The translations under genes were made by a program, and so were the position numbers. The notes beneath the pieces are model-generated. The model did not search any database and had not been told where the DNA came from. It saw only the letters and a list, made by a program, of their open reading frames with translations. DNA of 64,000 bases from Adineta vaga (Eukaryota; Animalia; Rotifera): assembly GCA_021613535.1 (NCBI GenBank), contig CP075497.1, forward strand, positions 13,020,001 to 13,084,000, given 5' to 3'. Shown piece by piece: positions 1 through 12,909 of this stretch. Position 1 is the stretch's first letter. Each line of letters opens with the position of its first letter.

Positions 1-1896
1 CGTTTTTATCACGAAGCTCTTACGATTCTAGAGAAATCTTATTAATCCTGTGATGCTTATGTAGCTATCACTCATAACTATATTGGAAACGTTCTACGAA
101 TTCAAAACAAAATCGGTCAAACTAATATTTCGTACAATCAAGCTCTGACAATACTTGAAAACTACTATTTATCTGACCGCATTGAAGTAACTGCAACTTT
201 ACTCAAAACTGGCTATATTTTATCGAACCAAGACAAGTTTGACGAGATAATTGCGTTCTATCAACGAGTTTCAAGAATACGGAAAAGAAAGCATTCATCG
301 AAATATATCGATTTAGTGGCCATTTTTAATAACAATGCATCTGATCAAAGAAGATCTGATGAAGCTCTTGCTCTTTGCCTACAAATTTTAACATTATCAC
401 ACAGTGATCATTTATCAGATTATATCAACATTGCACATAGTTTCATTCACATAGAAAACTTAGCAAAAGATAAGGAAAACGTTGATAAAGTCATTGAACT
501 CTATCAACAAGCACTTATGATTCAAAAGAAATATTTCTCTTGTAATCATTCTTGTATTCTTGTTACACTTAATTCTATTGGTAATAGTTATCTCTATCAA
601 CACAAATATAACCAAGCCTTTACGTATTATCAACAAGAATTAGAAATACGAAGAAAAATACATCAATTTAACAAAAGAAGAATGATCGATAATTTAAATA
701 AAATTGGAGACGTTCTGAGGAAACAAGAAAAGTATGATGAAGCGTTAGATTATCTTGAGCAAGCATTTGAAATCGGAGAAAAGCATAATTGTTCTGATCT
801 TATCGAGATTCGATTTACTCTTTTATATATTGGAAACGTTCTATATGATCGACAAAAATATACTGAAGCAACATATTATGAGCGAGCGATGGGTGTGGGT
901 GAAAAATACTATCCATTTGATCATATTGATATGGCTACTATTTACTACAATGTTGGTAAGGTTCTTTATAGACGAGGCCTATATAACGCAGCTTTAAGGT
1001 ATCATCAGCAAGCTTTGGCAATTCAGGAAGAATACGGTGATTCATCCGCTCGTATTCAGGTAGCTGATACTTTGCTTTATATAGGTCACATACAATATAC
1101 TACAAGCAGGTCGGGTTGCGAGCTTCGTTCTTATGAAGAATCACTAAAAATCTGAGAGACATGGGATTCATACAATTATGCGGCTATTGCTACTACTCTT
1201 AATACCATTTCTGATGTTTTCTATGAAATAAGGGTTTATGCTGATGCACTTAAGTATCAAGAACGAGTATTAGCGATTCGAGAAAAACATTACACAATTT
1301 CCCACATCACCATTATTGCGAGTCTCATGAGTATTGGTCGGATCAAATTTAAACAACTGGATTGGAATAGAACAATTGATTATTATTCACGAGCAGAAGT
1401 TTTACTGCGAGAATTTCATCCTACTAAGTATGATCAAATCGATACATGTCTGTATTTGATTTCAAAGAGTTGTTATCAAAAAGGATCTGTTGATTACCAA
1501 TGTAAACATCTCGAAAAATGTTTATTAATTAGGGAAGCAAATCTTGCTCCGGAACATTCATCTATTGTTCGTATTCTTTCGAAACTTAGTGAAGCACAAG
1601 CAGATCGAAATCAGCATAGGTTAGCTCTGACATATGAAATGCAATGTTATTTAATACGTGAAAAAGTTTTACCACCAGACGATTCGGATATTGCTTTCAG
1701 TTTATCGTGCATCGGTGAAAGTTATGAGCATCTCAATGAACTAAAACTGGCACTTGAATATTATAAACGAGCATTAATTATTTATCAACAGCAAGAATAT
1801 ATACATATATTCAAAGATTCTATAGAAGAGATGCAAACAAAAATCAAAGAAATTTCAACAAAAATAATTAATAAACCTACGGGACACTTTGTGTAA
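1..1896 (+). pseudogene. TPR-repeat protein, 3' part, with in-frame stops (5' end outside window)
   Basis: Frame 1 reads TPR repeats continuously from base 1 to 1896 (ORFs 316-1155 and 1327-1896 share the frame). It is broken by TAA at 43-45 and TGA at 1153-1155, with TPR-like sequence on both sides of each stop. Confidence 0.75.
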
Positions 1897-2259
1897 TCAT
1901 TAGAACGATATGAGAATATGAGTGCAGCTTGTTTTTACAGTATGATAATACATAAATATAGGAAAGAAATCGAATGCAAAATAAAGTACATTTGATTACC
2001 ACAGAAAGATACTAGTATTATATTTAAGAATGAAAGTTCCTACATGCCGATTTATCAACTTCGAACATCTGAACACATTGATTCGACATATCGATAACAT
2101 ATAAATTACCATTTCGATTCAACGCTATATCAAACGGTTCACTGAGTTAATCAGGTCCATTATCTGAACCATCTTCTCCAATAACTACTCTACACTCATT
2201 TGCTTCCTTTTAAATATCAGTCACGTACACAGAGTCAATCAATTTCGTCAACAACAACC

Positions 2260-2340
2260 ATCTTGAGGGTGTGGGTGTGGGCGTTGATTATTGCATTAAA
2301 CCTTCACCCACACCCTCAGCCATCTCCACGTCCTCAAGAT
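2260..2340. repeat. Telomere-repeat hairpin element
   Basis: ATCTTGAGGGTGTGGGTGTGGG...CACCCACACCCTCA...CCTCAAGAT. Confidence 0.85.
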
Positions 2341-3190
2341 CCCAACCCACTCCACTTCGATTCGATCGTTAATTGACTGGAGGTCAAAATTTCTTTCGAC
2401 TGCTGTATTATCGCATTTTCCCTTACTTACGATCTCAATCCGACTCTAAACAAATGAGTAAGAACTATAATAGTGTTCATGATAGCAGATTATTTAACGA
2501 CTGATATTTAAATGTAAAGTAATTTTAAATAAATATTTAGTAAATATTTGAATTTTGTTTAGTCTTTCATATTCCAAACTGAATATCTTTGAATTAATCA
2601 AAAATCTTATTGGTTATCTATAGTCGGGAGAGTGAAAGAAATTTATACTTAAACATCCTACGATAAGAATAAGTGGATATATTCGCACATGACTGAAGAG
2701 CGATAGAGAAAATATAGATAGTCATCATACAGGTATAAAAACTTTGGCTTGACACACTAGAATTACTTTGTATTTATAATAAATTACTTGATAATGAAAG
2801 TTTTTACTTTGCAAATATAGTTTATTACAATAATTTTAATTTATTAACTTAGTGTTAAAATATTTTAGTGAATATATTGTTGTCTTATTTAACTAATTAA
2901 AATGTCGATAATGATCTATAGAAGAGAGATAGTGGATGCAAAGTTTATAGTGCAGATTATCTACATTTGACATTCTTTTCGAAGTCCTGACACTATGATC
3001 TATAAATCCGATAAAGAAAATAAAATATATTTTTTAATATTTAATCCGAATGAAAATCTTGAAAATAAATTATATTTAGAATTTTTAATTAAAAATATGT
3101 CATCATTAGGTTGACGTTGTCTCTTTACTTTGAAACTTAAAAACATTAGGTGATTTTTCTCATTTCTAGAATAAGAAAAAAAAGGTAAAA

Positions 3191-4240
3191 ATGCTTAACA
3201 ATTCCAATGAAACAGTCGAAAACAACAACATTGACTCTTTTACAGTTGATAAATTATTACGATTAAAATTCAGTATTTTAATGTCAATTGAAATTCCTTC
3301 AATTCTTTGTACTTTATTAATATTTTATTATTTCATTCGATCATCTGAATTAAGAGCAAAACAAAACAATCACGTGTAAGTAAAATTTAAAAATAAAATA
3401 CATAATAAATCTATTATTTTTAGTCTTATTTGTTTATTAATCAGTAATTTTCTCACTGCAACAACCGAAGTACCAATTTCTCTTATTTATCTTTATAACA
3501 ATCAACATATTCCATCATCTAATCTTGTTTGTTTTATTTGGATCTTCTCAAATTATATTCTATTTGGATCAAGTTTTTGGATAATGGTAATTGCATCTAT
3601 TCAACGATATATTCTCATATTTCATAAACATTTTCTCAATACAAAATTCAAATATTATATACCTATTTTCTTACCACCCATATTTTTCATTCTATGGTAT
3701 ATAATTCTTATTTGTTTTTATCCATGTGAACAACAATTTGATTATAATCAATTGTGGTGTTCTGGTGCATGTTATGGATATCAAGTATTACTTAGTAGTA
3801 TTGATTGGATTATTAGTTCATTACTACCTGTTTTAATTATTATTACAATTAATATTCTTTTAATTAGAAATGTAGTTCATCAAAAATATCGAATGCAACG
3901 TGCTCGAACTTGGCGTACTACTCGAAAACTTATTATTCAACTTCTCCCGATTTCTTTTGTGTATTTTATTATCTATGTGCCTATTAATATTCTTGCATTG
4001 ATTCGACTTTGGTTCGATCCATATTTTCTTCTGGATTTCTATATGAATACATTTGCTTATTTTAATTATCTTGGACCATTATTAATACCATTTGTTTGTT
4101 TAATTGGTATTCCAGAAGTTATGGTACAGATAAAGAAATTATATTGCTTTGGCAATAGAGTACAACCGCAACAACTTCCGTTAGCACCATTTACGAGACG
4201 AATTTCACCGCACGCGAACAGATTAATGACACTGTCTTGA
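3191..4240 (+). CDS. Rhodopsin-like (class A) GPCR, 2 exons
   Basis: Intron 3376-3423 joins ORFs 3191 and 3584 in frame. Seven hydrophobic segments; ASIQRY (DRY-like) motif. Confidence 0.85.
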
Positions 4241-4383
4241 GGGTATGCGTTCTCACTGAGAAAAAGATTTCGTTGGAATCACTTCTAATTTTCTATATCT
4301 TTTATGTAGTAAAATAATGATTTCTGACCCTTCAACATCAGTTTATTCCTCTTTACAAAAATAAAAATCTTAAACTGTATAGT

Positions 4384-4446
4384 TCTTGAGGGTGTGGGTG
4401 GATGAGTGTGAATATCTCCTCTTCTTTCACACCCACACCCTCAAGA
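4384..4446. repeat. Telomere-repeat hairpin element (perfect 17-bp stem)
   Basis: TCTTGAGGGTGTGGGTG (4384-4400) pairs with CACCCACACCCTCAAGA (4430-4446); lies between convergent stop codons. Confidence 0.92.
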
Positions 4447-4459
4447 TATGTTAATGTTT

Positions 4460-6088
4460 TTATTTTGAATTATATGAAATTGATTGAGCAAAACCGACTT
4501 GATTATTGACGATATCAAATATTGCATAGTATCGATAAAGAAAATAATCGCCTAAGATCCAAATACTATTGCCATAAGAATCTTGTTGATCTTTTGGAGT
4601 GAAAACACTATAACATACGTAATTGTTTGATGTATCGCCATACATGATTAGATATTGTAAAGGTGTTAATGTAAATAGTGTGTCACCAATGTTGAAAGTG
4701 ACATTAGGAAATGATGAAATTGGATTCATTGAACAATCAACAGTATACTAAACGTAAAAGAGAAATTTTGAAATAATACTTTATAGATAGAACAAAAGAC
4801 AAAGTCGTACCATTCCGCTAGATGAATCATAAGTGCCACCTAAAGCATTATTTAATGCTTCTATTTGTGTTACAGGTCCAGTAATTAATGTTGTACCTGT
4901 ATCAGCAATAGCATACAATGATGAACTTATCAGAGTAGATCCAACATTCACACTATTTATGTTCACACAGAATCAATTGTAAATAATAAGAAAAAGATTA
5001 TCGTTTCATCCTAGAATTACCTTGTCATTTGAAATTCCCAATATCCTGCTATGACAACAGGAACATAAGTAATAGTACCGATAAATTTACTCGAATCAAC
5101 ACCACCAAATATAAGTTCACCACTGGTACCGGAATTTGTATCACTAAAAAAGAAAGGAAATTCGACATCAATGATTGATCTATAAATTTTGATAATTGTA
5201 GTTACGGATTCAGATAAAACGAAAATATTGGTTGTGGTACAAGACCTTGATACCACATATTATAGAAAAGTGGTTTTTCACCATCGGTTGTCAAAGATGG
5301 ATAAGCAAGACCAAGAATACCATCAAATATATCATTATTCATGCCATTGATAGATGTACATTCGGCAAATCGTTGTCTTTCAACAGTAATACCATTGATC
5401 TGAACAATAATCAATGAAAACCACCAATTGAATTGGTCATTATCACTTACCATTACACTATCAATACTAAAATATCCACTAGCAGAAGAACCATCTCCAT
5501 ATGTGATGGAAAAGAGATCTCCATTAGACACATATGTTAAAGAATCAGCTGCTCTATACTTATGAAAACGTTCTAAAACAAACGAATAAAATTTTATTCT
5601 AATCAGACAAATATGAACAACATACCACAATTAGAAGAACATTGATTTGACGGTATCCATAGGTCAGAGGAACCTGTATCAAAATTGATAAGAAATATTT
5701 GACCAGGTGTACCAATGGAGATCGTTCCGATAAAATAACTCTGTAAATGTAAAGAGTTATTCAATTCAATTCAATAGCTAAAACATCTGATTTTGTGAAA
5801 CTTACATCAGCTTCGTTAATTAGACGTTCATAAATCGAAGATTTCTCAACAAGTACGTTGCCAAAAGTGCGTGATAACATTTGACATACTGTACCATTTG
5901 TTGGTGATATTGTACAGTTTAGTTTTCTATACAAATGCGGCCGAATTCGATTGATATGAATTCTAAAAAGATTCAATATGCGTTATATTACGATATACGA
6001 TTCTGACATACCGAAACAGATCACCATTAATTATTTTAAAATAGAAGATGATCATGAGACATATTGAAGTTATTCTTTTTGGGATCAT
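4460..6088 (-). CDS. Pepsin/cathepsin D-like aspartic protease (family A1), multi-exon
   Basis: Signal peptide; both catalytic motifs (FDTGSSDLW near 5660-5690; ADTGTTLI); YGDGS flap, [15 protein letters not shown]; short GT-AG introns. Confidence 0.92.
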
Positions 6089-6393
6089 TTTCTTCTTTGT
6101 TTCAATGCAAAAGTCAAGCCGTTTAAATAGGTATGATGATGAAGATTCCTCAAGGACAAACAAATTATTTATCATTCATCTTATTTACATGTTTTTGATT
6201 ATCATATAATGACTAAAAGTATAGAGAAACGCCTTTATTAACAGGATCTGTACTAAGAAATGTATGTTAGTAAACAAAAAAACAATGTGTCAATCTTTAG
6301 TCACCTGAAGTGACAACGCCCAACAACAGAAAAATAGACCTTATCGTATCTTTCCTTTACTTCATCGTACGAGTGTAAGTGAGGATTTTACGA

Positions 6394-8127
6394 TCATAGA
6401 TTTTTAATTGTTCTTGAATGAAATGATATAGTTAAAGAATATTGATCTTGTTCAAAAGTAAACTTTTCTTGTTTAAATGTTAACCATTCAATAAGTTCCA
6501 TCCAAATCATTGGTAGTGGATAATAATGAAGAAATTTAAAATTTTCTACATTTTGAATTCGTTGAATAATCCATTTCATAAAATCTAAATCATCTGTTTT
6601 TATTTTCAATTGATTTATACGAATATTTAATCCAGTAAATATTTTATCTATCATAGTTTTCAAACAACCATATCTATAACAGATTCCCAATGAATGAAAA
6701 TATGTTGATATACAAAGTAAACTTTGAATAGCTTCAATACAATTAAATTCATAACCATCGATTACAATCCAAATATTATGTACGAAGTTAAAAATATTTG
6801 ATATCGTCAAAAAATACTTCAATGACTGAATCGATGAAATCTCATCAATTTGCAATGCCAACTCCGCTATGTTGTTTACAAATGGAGATAACCTTGATTT
6901 ATACTAAATCAAAAAAAAAGAAGGTACGATATCTATAAGTATGTCGATGTTTGGTTAAAAACATACCCATTCTATACCATAATGAAATGCATTATGATTG
7001 GCAGTAAGAAAAACATTCCATAACGTTATTTGATTATTATAACTCATTGTTGATGTTGAACAAAAGATTGTTTTATAATTACAATGATGTGGAAAAAATG
7101 TTTGAACATTTGTTGATGAATAAATTGTTAATTCTGACCATTGAGACCAATTATAAACTTCACAAATGATTGGCCAAGATTTTTCTTCTAACCAAAATGA
7201 TGAACGAAATGCATTGATTAATGTTTCAATATGATTAATATGAAAATCTTCACAAGTTAGAGAAAACTGAAATTTATAAAGATAAACTAAATTTTTTTGA
7301 ATAAAATTTTCCCATTGAGATAATCGTTGAAAACAATCAAATCGACTTTTCGAATTTCTTATATAAAGATGTGTTAATAATGGTGTAAAATATAAAATAA
7401 ATTCAAGTTGATCAATTGTTAATTTTGTTTGATAAAATGTTAAATGAGTTAATGAATTAGAAATAAAATTATGTTCCATTGAATTCATTTGACAATCATA
7501 TAATGATAATCGACGAAGATTTGGACAATTATTAATTATGGAAATCAATTGTTTATCAGTACAAATGTTTAGATGAATTATTTCTAAAGAAGATGATGAA
7601 AACTCTTGTTTAATATTAAACATTAATCGAACAGAACGAAGTGAAGATTGTAAAAATAATTTGAAAAGAAGATTCAATATTTCATCGGATATATTGATTT
7701 GTTGTAAAGAATAAATTGAAAATGATCGAAGATGACATGTTGTTACTAAATGAGATAAAATTTGTTTTAAATAAAATTCATCAAGATTCCAAATTGTTAA
7801 GAATTCAAGTTGAAGAAATTCTTTGATTTCAAATAATGAAAAAAATGATTCAATTAAATTTTGATTTATACACCAAAGATGTAAAGATATAACATTTTCT
7901 GGTCGAATGATTTGAACAATATGATTGAATTCATAATCTAATATTGTATTTAAATGAAGTTTATATCGATTATAATGATTTGTTATTCGATAAAAATCTC
8001 GACAAACATAACGAAATGAAAAGATAATTGTTTTTATATCCAAATAATCACATATTTGACAAAGAAGTTCAACAGGTAATTGAAGAAATAATGATTTTTG
8101 TTCGACACAATAAGCCATATTTACCAT
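6394..8127 (-). CDS. F-box/LRR-like protein, 2 exons
   Basis: F-box motif FLQLPVELLCQICDYL; degenerate LRRs (CPNLRRLSL); intron 6966-6904. Confidence 0.85.
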
Positions 8128-8197
8128 GTGAATATAATCATGAGAAGAAAAAAAAACAACTTTCTTTTTTTCTTTCTGTTCTTTCGTAATCTATTTT

Positions 8198-8240
8198 TTG
8201 AGGGTGTGGGTGTAAGTCGTAAGAAACACATCCTCAAGAT
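8198..8240. repeat. Telomere-repeat hairpin element
   Basis: TTGAGGGTGTGGGTGT...ACACATCCTCAAGAT, about 70 bp upstream of the F-box ATG. Confidence 0.8.
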
Positions 8241-8486
8241 CAAATCTTCTCGTTCACATAAAAATACTTCAACTTTCTTTTCGAAGGATGGATAAAATAA
8301 ATCTTTATTTCTATTTCGATTTATATGAATTCTGTCTCCTCTCCAATCTGGTGTCTTATTTATCTAACTGGTTTCAATTGAAAATATATTTTATTGTATA
8401 TGATGGAGATCATTTAGTCAACGACAATTGGGAGAAAACAATTTGCTTTATTTACGTTTTATTCTTTTCTTTGATTCTTTAAACAG

Positions 8487-8646
8487 ACACTTACCACATT
8501 CTCCATCGGATGCAATCAAATAGGAGGTTGTGACTTTGCATTTATGCGTATTACATCAGATACTAACTATACTTGGACCTCTTTATAATAATCTGATGAG
8601 AGACGGAGGAATTCAGTTACTGAATGATGCTTTACAAAGAAACACG
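8487..8646 (+). pseudogene. Degenerate RNI/NLRC3-type LRR exon remnant
   Basis: TLTTFSIGCNQIGG after an AG acceptor and QLLNDALQRNT before a GT donor; frame is disrupted. Confidence 0.35.
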
Positions 8647-8914
8647 GTCAGTTGATAAAGTTCTTCTAAATCAATTTCATGATTTTCTATTTTTGGGGAT
8701 CAAACAGAAATTTACTATACCGTATCAATGGTTGTGGATGTGAAAGAAGAAGGGATACACTCACACCCATATTCACAGCCATTTATTATTTTGTCAAATA
8801 GAAAAACTAGAAACTGATATTGTCATCACTACGATCAACACTAAACAAGTTATTCATTCTATAATACTAGTCAATAAAGAAAAATATTTATTTTGTTATT
8901 TATTCAAGTTAGAC

Positions 8915-9320
8915 GGTCTTGAGGGTGGGTGTGGTGTTGATGGGATTGATGAGTAAATATGCCACTCACCCACATCCTCAAGACCCGTTGCTTTGCTCAT
9001 TGACCGGGCCTTCGCAGCACCCTCACTCTGTGCTTGAATCTAGGATTGGACTTAGTTAGTTTTGGGGGTAACGGAATTGATATCTTGAGGATGTGGGTGT
9101 ATGGCATATTTACTCATCAATCCCATCAACACTATACCCACCCACTCACAAAAATCAAAGAATGTACGTGAGTTATAATTGTCAATGAATGTAGGACTGA
9201 CATGATTGTTTTATTTTTGATGATTTGAACCACTATATTGTACACTTGCAATGAGAGTATCGGTGTACATGAGGCTATGCTCTTAACCCACACCCTCACA
9301 CACACCCACACCCTCAAGAT
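8915..9320. repeat. Cluster of three telomere-repeat hairpins (8915-8985, 9082-9148, 9252-9320)
   Basis: All have GAGGGTGTGGG-type arms; the first two are inverted copies of each other, loop included. Confidence 0.85.
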
Positions 9321-10589
9321 GCTACTCCTCCAAACGAATTTGTACCTTCCTGTGTAACTAATTGGTAATTCGGGAAAGATGGAGAATTTCTTATTGATTT
9401 ACTTCCTATTTCGGTTAGAATACATATCTGTAGAGAGTAATTAGCTATAAGTTCATCGATATCAGCAATATGACTATTTAATGAATGGACATTATATACT
9501 AGGAAGAGAAGATTATTATTCTTGATATCGGGTCTGTCTTTTCTCCATTTTTTACATAGATCAGTCAAACATACTTTATTGTTCCATTCTGCAATAATTT
9601 GTTTTAATTCTAAAATGTCTTTTTTCGGTCCACTGAAGTTGTCAGTTATATTTTCATTAATTGTCGGCGGATAATATCTGAATTCGTTAATATTCATTGT
9701 TTTCATTTGCTTGTTTAATAACTTCCAGTAATTTTACCGTAATATCATCTATCAGTGGTTTGTAAGTGGAAAAGAGTTTGTCCAATGACAATTTTTGTTC
9801 ATTATATGGAATTAAAGATAAATTTTTTGCCATTTCAATATTTTGTGTATCACCTGATTTCGATAACATAAAACACAGACCTTCATTTGTCATTCGTTGA
9901 TAATCAATACATTCATTTATTGTTTCATTTTGTTTTTGTACTATTGAAGAAAAGCATGAGATTAGTGTTTGTACTCTGCTAATGCTTGATTTTAATTGAT
10001 TTTTAATTTCCATGTGCATTTTCTCGTATTCCATTTTTGCAATATAACAAGAATTTTCCATTTGATTTACTTTTAATTGTAAGTTGCTAATCATATCGGG
10101 AGATTTTGTGTACGAATTTGTTTTTGCTGGTGACGGAAGTTTTGGCCACTCACTATATGAATTTGTATTATATTGATAATTTGTAGTCGGTTGAGTTTTA
10201 CTGTTTCCAATTACTTTAACACCTTTCATACGATATTGAGAAGGAATAAATATTTGTATATCATCAGGTAGTGATTCCGGGTGTTGTTGTATTACTTGTA
10301 TTAGTTCACTACGATACCTTTTCACCGAAGGGCAATTAAAATCAGTTGATATGTGATCACCTTCACAGTTATGACATTTAATTTCACAGTCATTATGTTC
10401 TTCATTCTTCCTCTCTCCACCACATCTTCTACATCGATCGAATGATAAGGAGCATTGTTTTCTAATATGACCAGGTTCGTTACATTTCGAGCAGAAGAGT
10501 ATTTTTGGTGCAGCAAAATATTCCACAATATGAAGTGATTGACCTTCTATGCATATTATACACGAACATAATATTTCTTTTGAACACAC
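9314..10589 (-). mobile_element. Truncated non-LTR retrotransposon: gag-like ORF1 (9687-10589) plus start of the APE endonuclease ORF2 (9314-9706)
   Basis: Three zinc knuckles (CSKCNEPGHIRKQC, CRRC..H..C, CHNCEGDH..C). Overlapping ORF2 has APE motifs VYNVHSL, ICILTE and GGVA; no RT domain. Confidence 0.85.
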
Positions 10590-10704
10590 ATACTCGACTA
10601 GGATGATGATTCAGAGTCAACACTGTTCGCATGTGCTCGTATCTACTTCCTAGTCATTTTGAATGCATGAGTCAACGGTGTCTATGGAAACAGGAGAGTA
10701 CAGG

Positions 10705-10926
10705 CGAGTGTGAATATACACTCACCTTCAAGATAGTAAATCACTAGAAGTTTTCGAGGATGTGGGTGTAGGTGTTTAAATACCAATGCTTTCACACCGT
10801 CGCCCACATCCACGGTCACCCACCCTCGCATCCACACCCTCAATTATGTTGAAACGTTCAGAAGATTATTATCTTGAGGGTGTGGGTGTTAGTATTAGTA
10901 TCTCTTCATCCACACCCATACCCTCA
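10705..10926. repeat. Cluster of telomere-repeat hairpins (best copy 10871-10926)
   Basis: ATCTTGAGGGTGTGGGTGT...ACACCCATACCCTCA; further copies at 10755-10843 and 10705-10733. Confidence 0.8.
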
Positions 10927-11154
10927 TGCGCTGTCATAAAACAAAATCATAGTCTTGCCCCCGCTGTGTGTATCACTTGAATAAGTTCATTTAATACTTT
11001 TAAATCTTCTTATTGAAAATTGAAGTTCTAAAAGAAGATGAAACTTTTTTTATTAATGGTTCTTTATAATAGAGAGTTGATAAATAAAAATGTAAGAAAT
11101 CACGAGAGAAAATGATTAAAATCCAAAAGATAAAAAAATCAAGTTGATACTTTT

Positions 11155-12909
11155 TTAAATGTCGATATTATTTTTCATCCATATTTGAATTGATCGATGA
11201 TCGTCTGTTACTGAGAATTTTCGTTCTTTTCTCTTCAGCCAATTAATTACTTCTTTCCAAGTTCTTGATGAACTCCATTCACATATAAATGTAATAGTGG
11301 ATAAATGTTGAACATGTTCGGCAATGACTTTCATGTTAGTAATATCTGGCGATCGTATTATAAGGTGTTCGATTTGACGAGATAGTGCAGCACATTCATT
11401 TTCTGGATTATCTCGTAAACTACCATTGTTCTTTACTCCAAAAGTTCGAACATTAGTTGCTTTTTCAAGTATAGTATTGACATGACTTGCTTGAAAAGTT
11501 TGTTTGTTTGATAATAAGAAGTAAATTTCTTTCAATTGTGAAAGATTAACCAATTTTGAAAGAAGTTCAAATGAAGAAGATTCCTGCCAACGATCATAAT
11601 GATCAATATCAAGTCCAAGTTGAATGACATTATCAAACAAATAATACTTCGGAATTGTAAACTAACAACAACAACAACAAAAGAGTTTTACTATCTGATA
11701 ATCAATAGTAATACGTACCCGACGAGAACGGATAGCTTCTGTCACTTCTGGTAAATTAATAATAACATTCCATGTATTATGCATATTTGGCCCATCATCA
11801 TCTTTTCTAGTAGAAGTACAATATGATATGAAACCATTTTGGAAATTTTGAAAGATATTCACATGTCCATTGATAGAAGAATTAATAATAAATTGAGCTC
11901 CTTCATTATTAATGACGTAGTTAAATCGCATATACCAACATTTATATTGAAGCCAAAATGGTGTTCGAAATGCAGCAATAATCGATTTAATATTTGTTAA
12001 ATCTTGATAATGAGATATTCGAGTAGAAATTCGAAAATGAAAATTTTCAAGTCGAGGTAATTTCTCACCAATAAAATATTCCCATTGGGAGAAACGTCGG
12101 AGATTTTCGAATGAAGACATTATGTTTAACGTTAAATTGACGTGAATAAGTGATGGATAAGATGAAAGCAACTTTTCCAGTTGATCAATCGGAACTTGAA
12201 TGTTATTCAATGTCAATGAAGTGAGTTGTGGATAGGTGATAAAAACAACATGTTTGGCGATATTATTCATGTCAAGATCTGTTATAGAAGCTGTTCGAAG
12301 ATTTGGTGAATGATGAAGAATATTGCACCATTGTTGATAAGAACATTTATTTAAGGTCAGTTCCTGAATCGTATTATGATTTGACCATGAGATTGCATCG
12401 GTAATTCGAGTACTGATGTCGAAATCGAGTTTTCGAAAACTTTTTAGTGCGATAACATTTGAAAGAAGAATAATAATATCATCTTTTAGAATTCGTCGAT
12501 CAAAGATTGATAATGATTCCAATGTAGAAAGAGTCGTGAGATGACGTATGATCGTACGAAAATCGTTTTCATACATACTATGAAGATATACAGAACGAAG
12601 TCGAGTAAATCGATGAATATCATTAAATGAAAAAAAATAATCAATATTATTTAATTCATTGTTGAAATAAGATTTTCGAAGAATCAATGTTTCGACGTTT
12701 TCTGGTGAAAGAATTCGATACAAACGATGAATACGAGTTTCCGATATATGATTAGAAATTTCGAGTGTTAATCGATTGTAAATGTTACTAATAGAGTAAA
12801 ACGTTTTGCAAGTATGACGAAATGAAAATAGAATATCTTTAATATTGAGATAATCCAAAATACGATGGATAATTTCAACAGGAAGTCGTAGAAGAAATGA
12901 ACTTTCCAT
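11155..12909 (-). CDS. F-box/LRR-like protein, 2 exons
   Basis: LLRLPVEIIHRILDYL F-box; LRRs; intron 11718-11662; paralog of the 6394-8127 gene (shared RLSQWE/RFSQWE, AFRSSFW/AFRTPFW). Confidence 0.85.

Noticed and set aside
9132-10980. ORFs 9132-9317 and 10786-10980 (also 24679-25044) with EGVGV or VWVCV peptides
   Set aside because: Translations of the hairpin repeats, not proteins.
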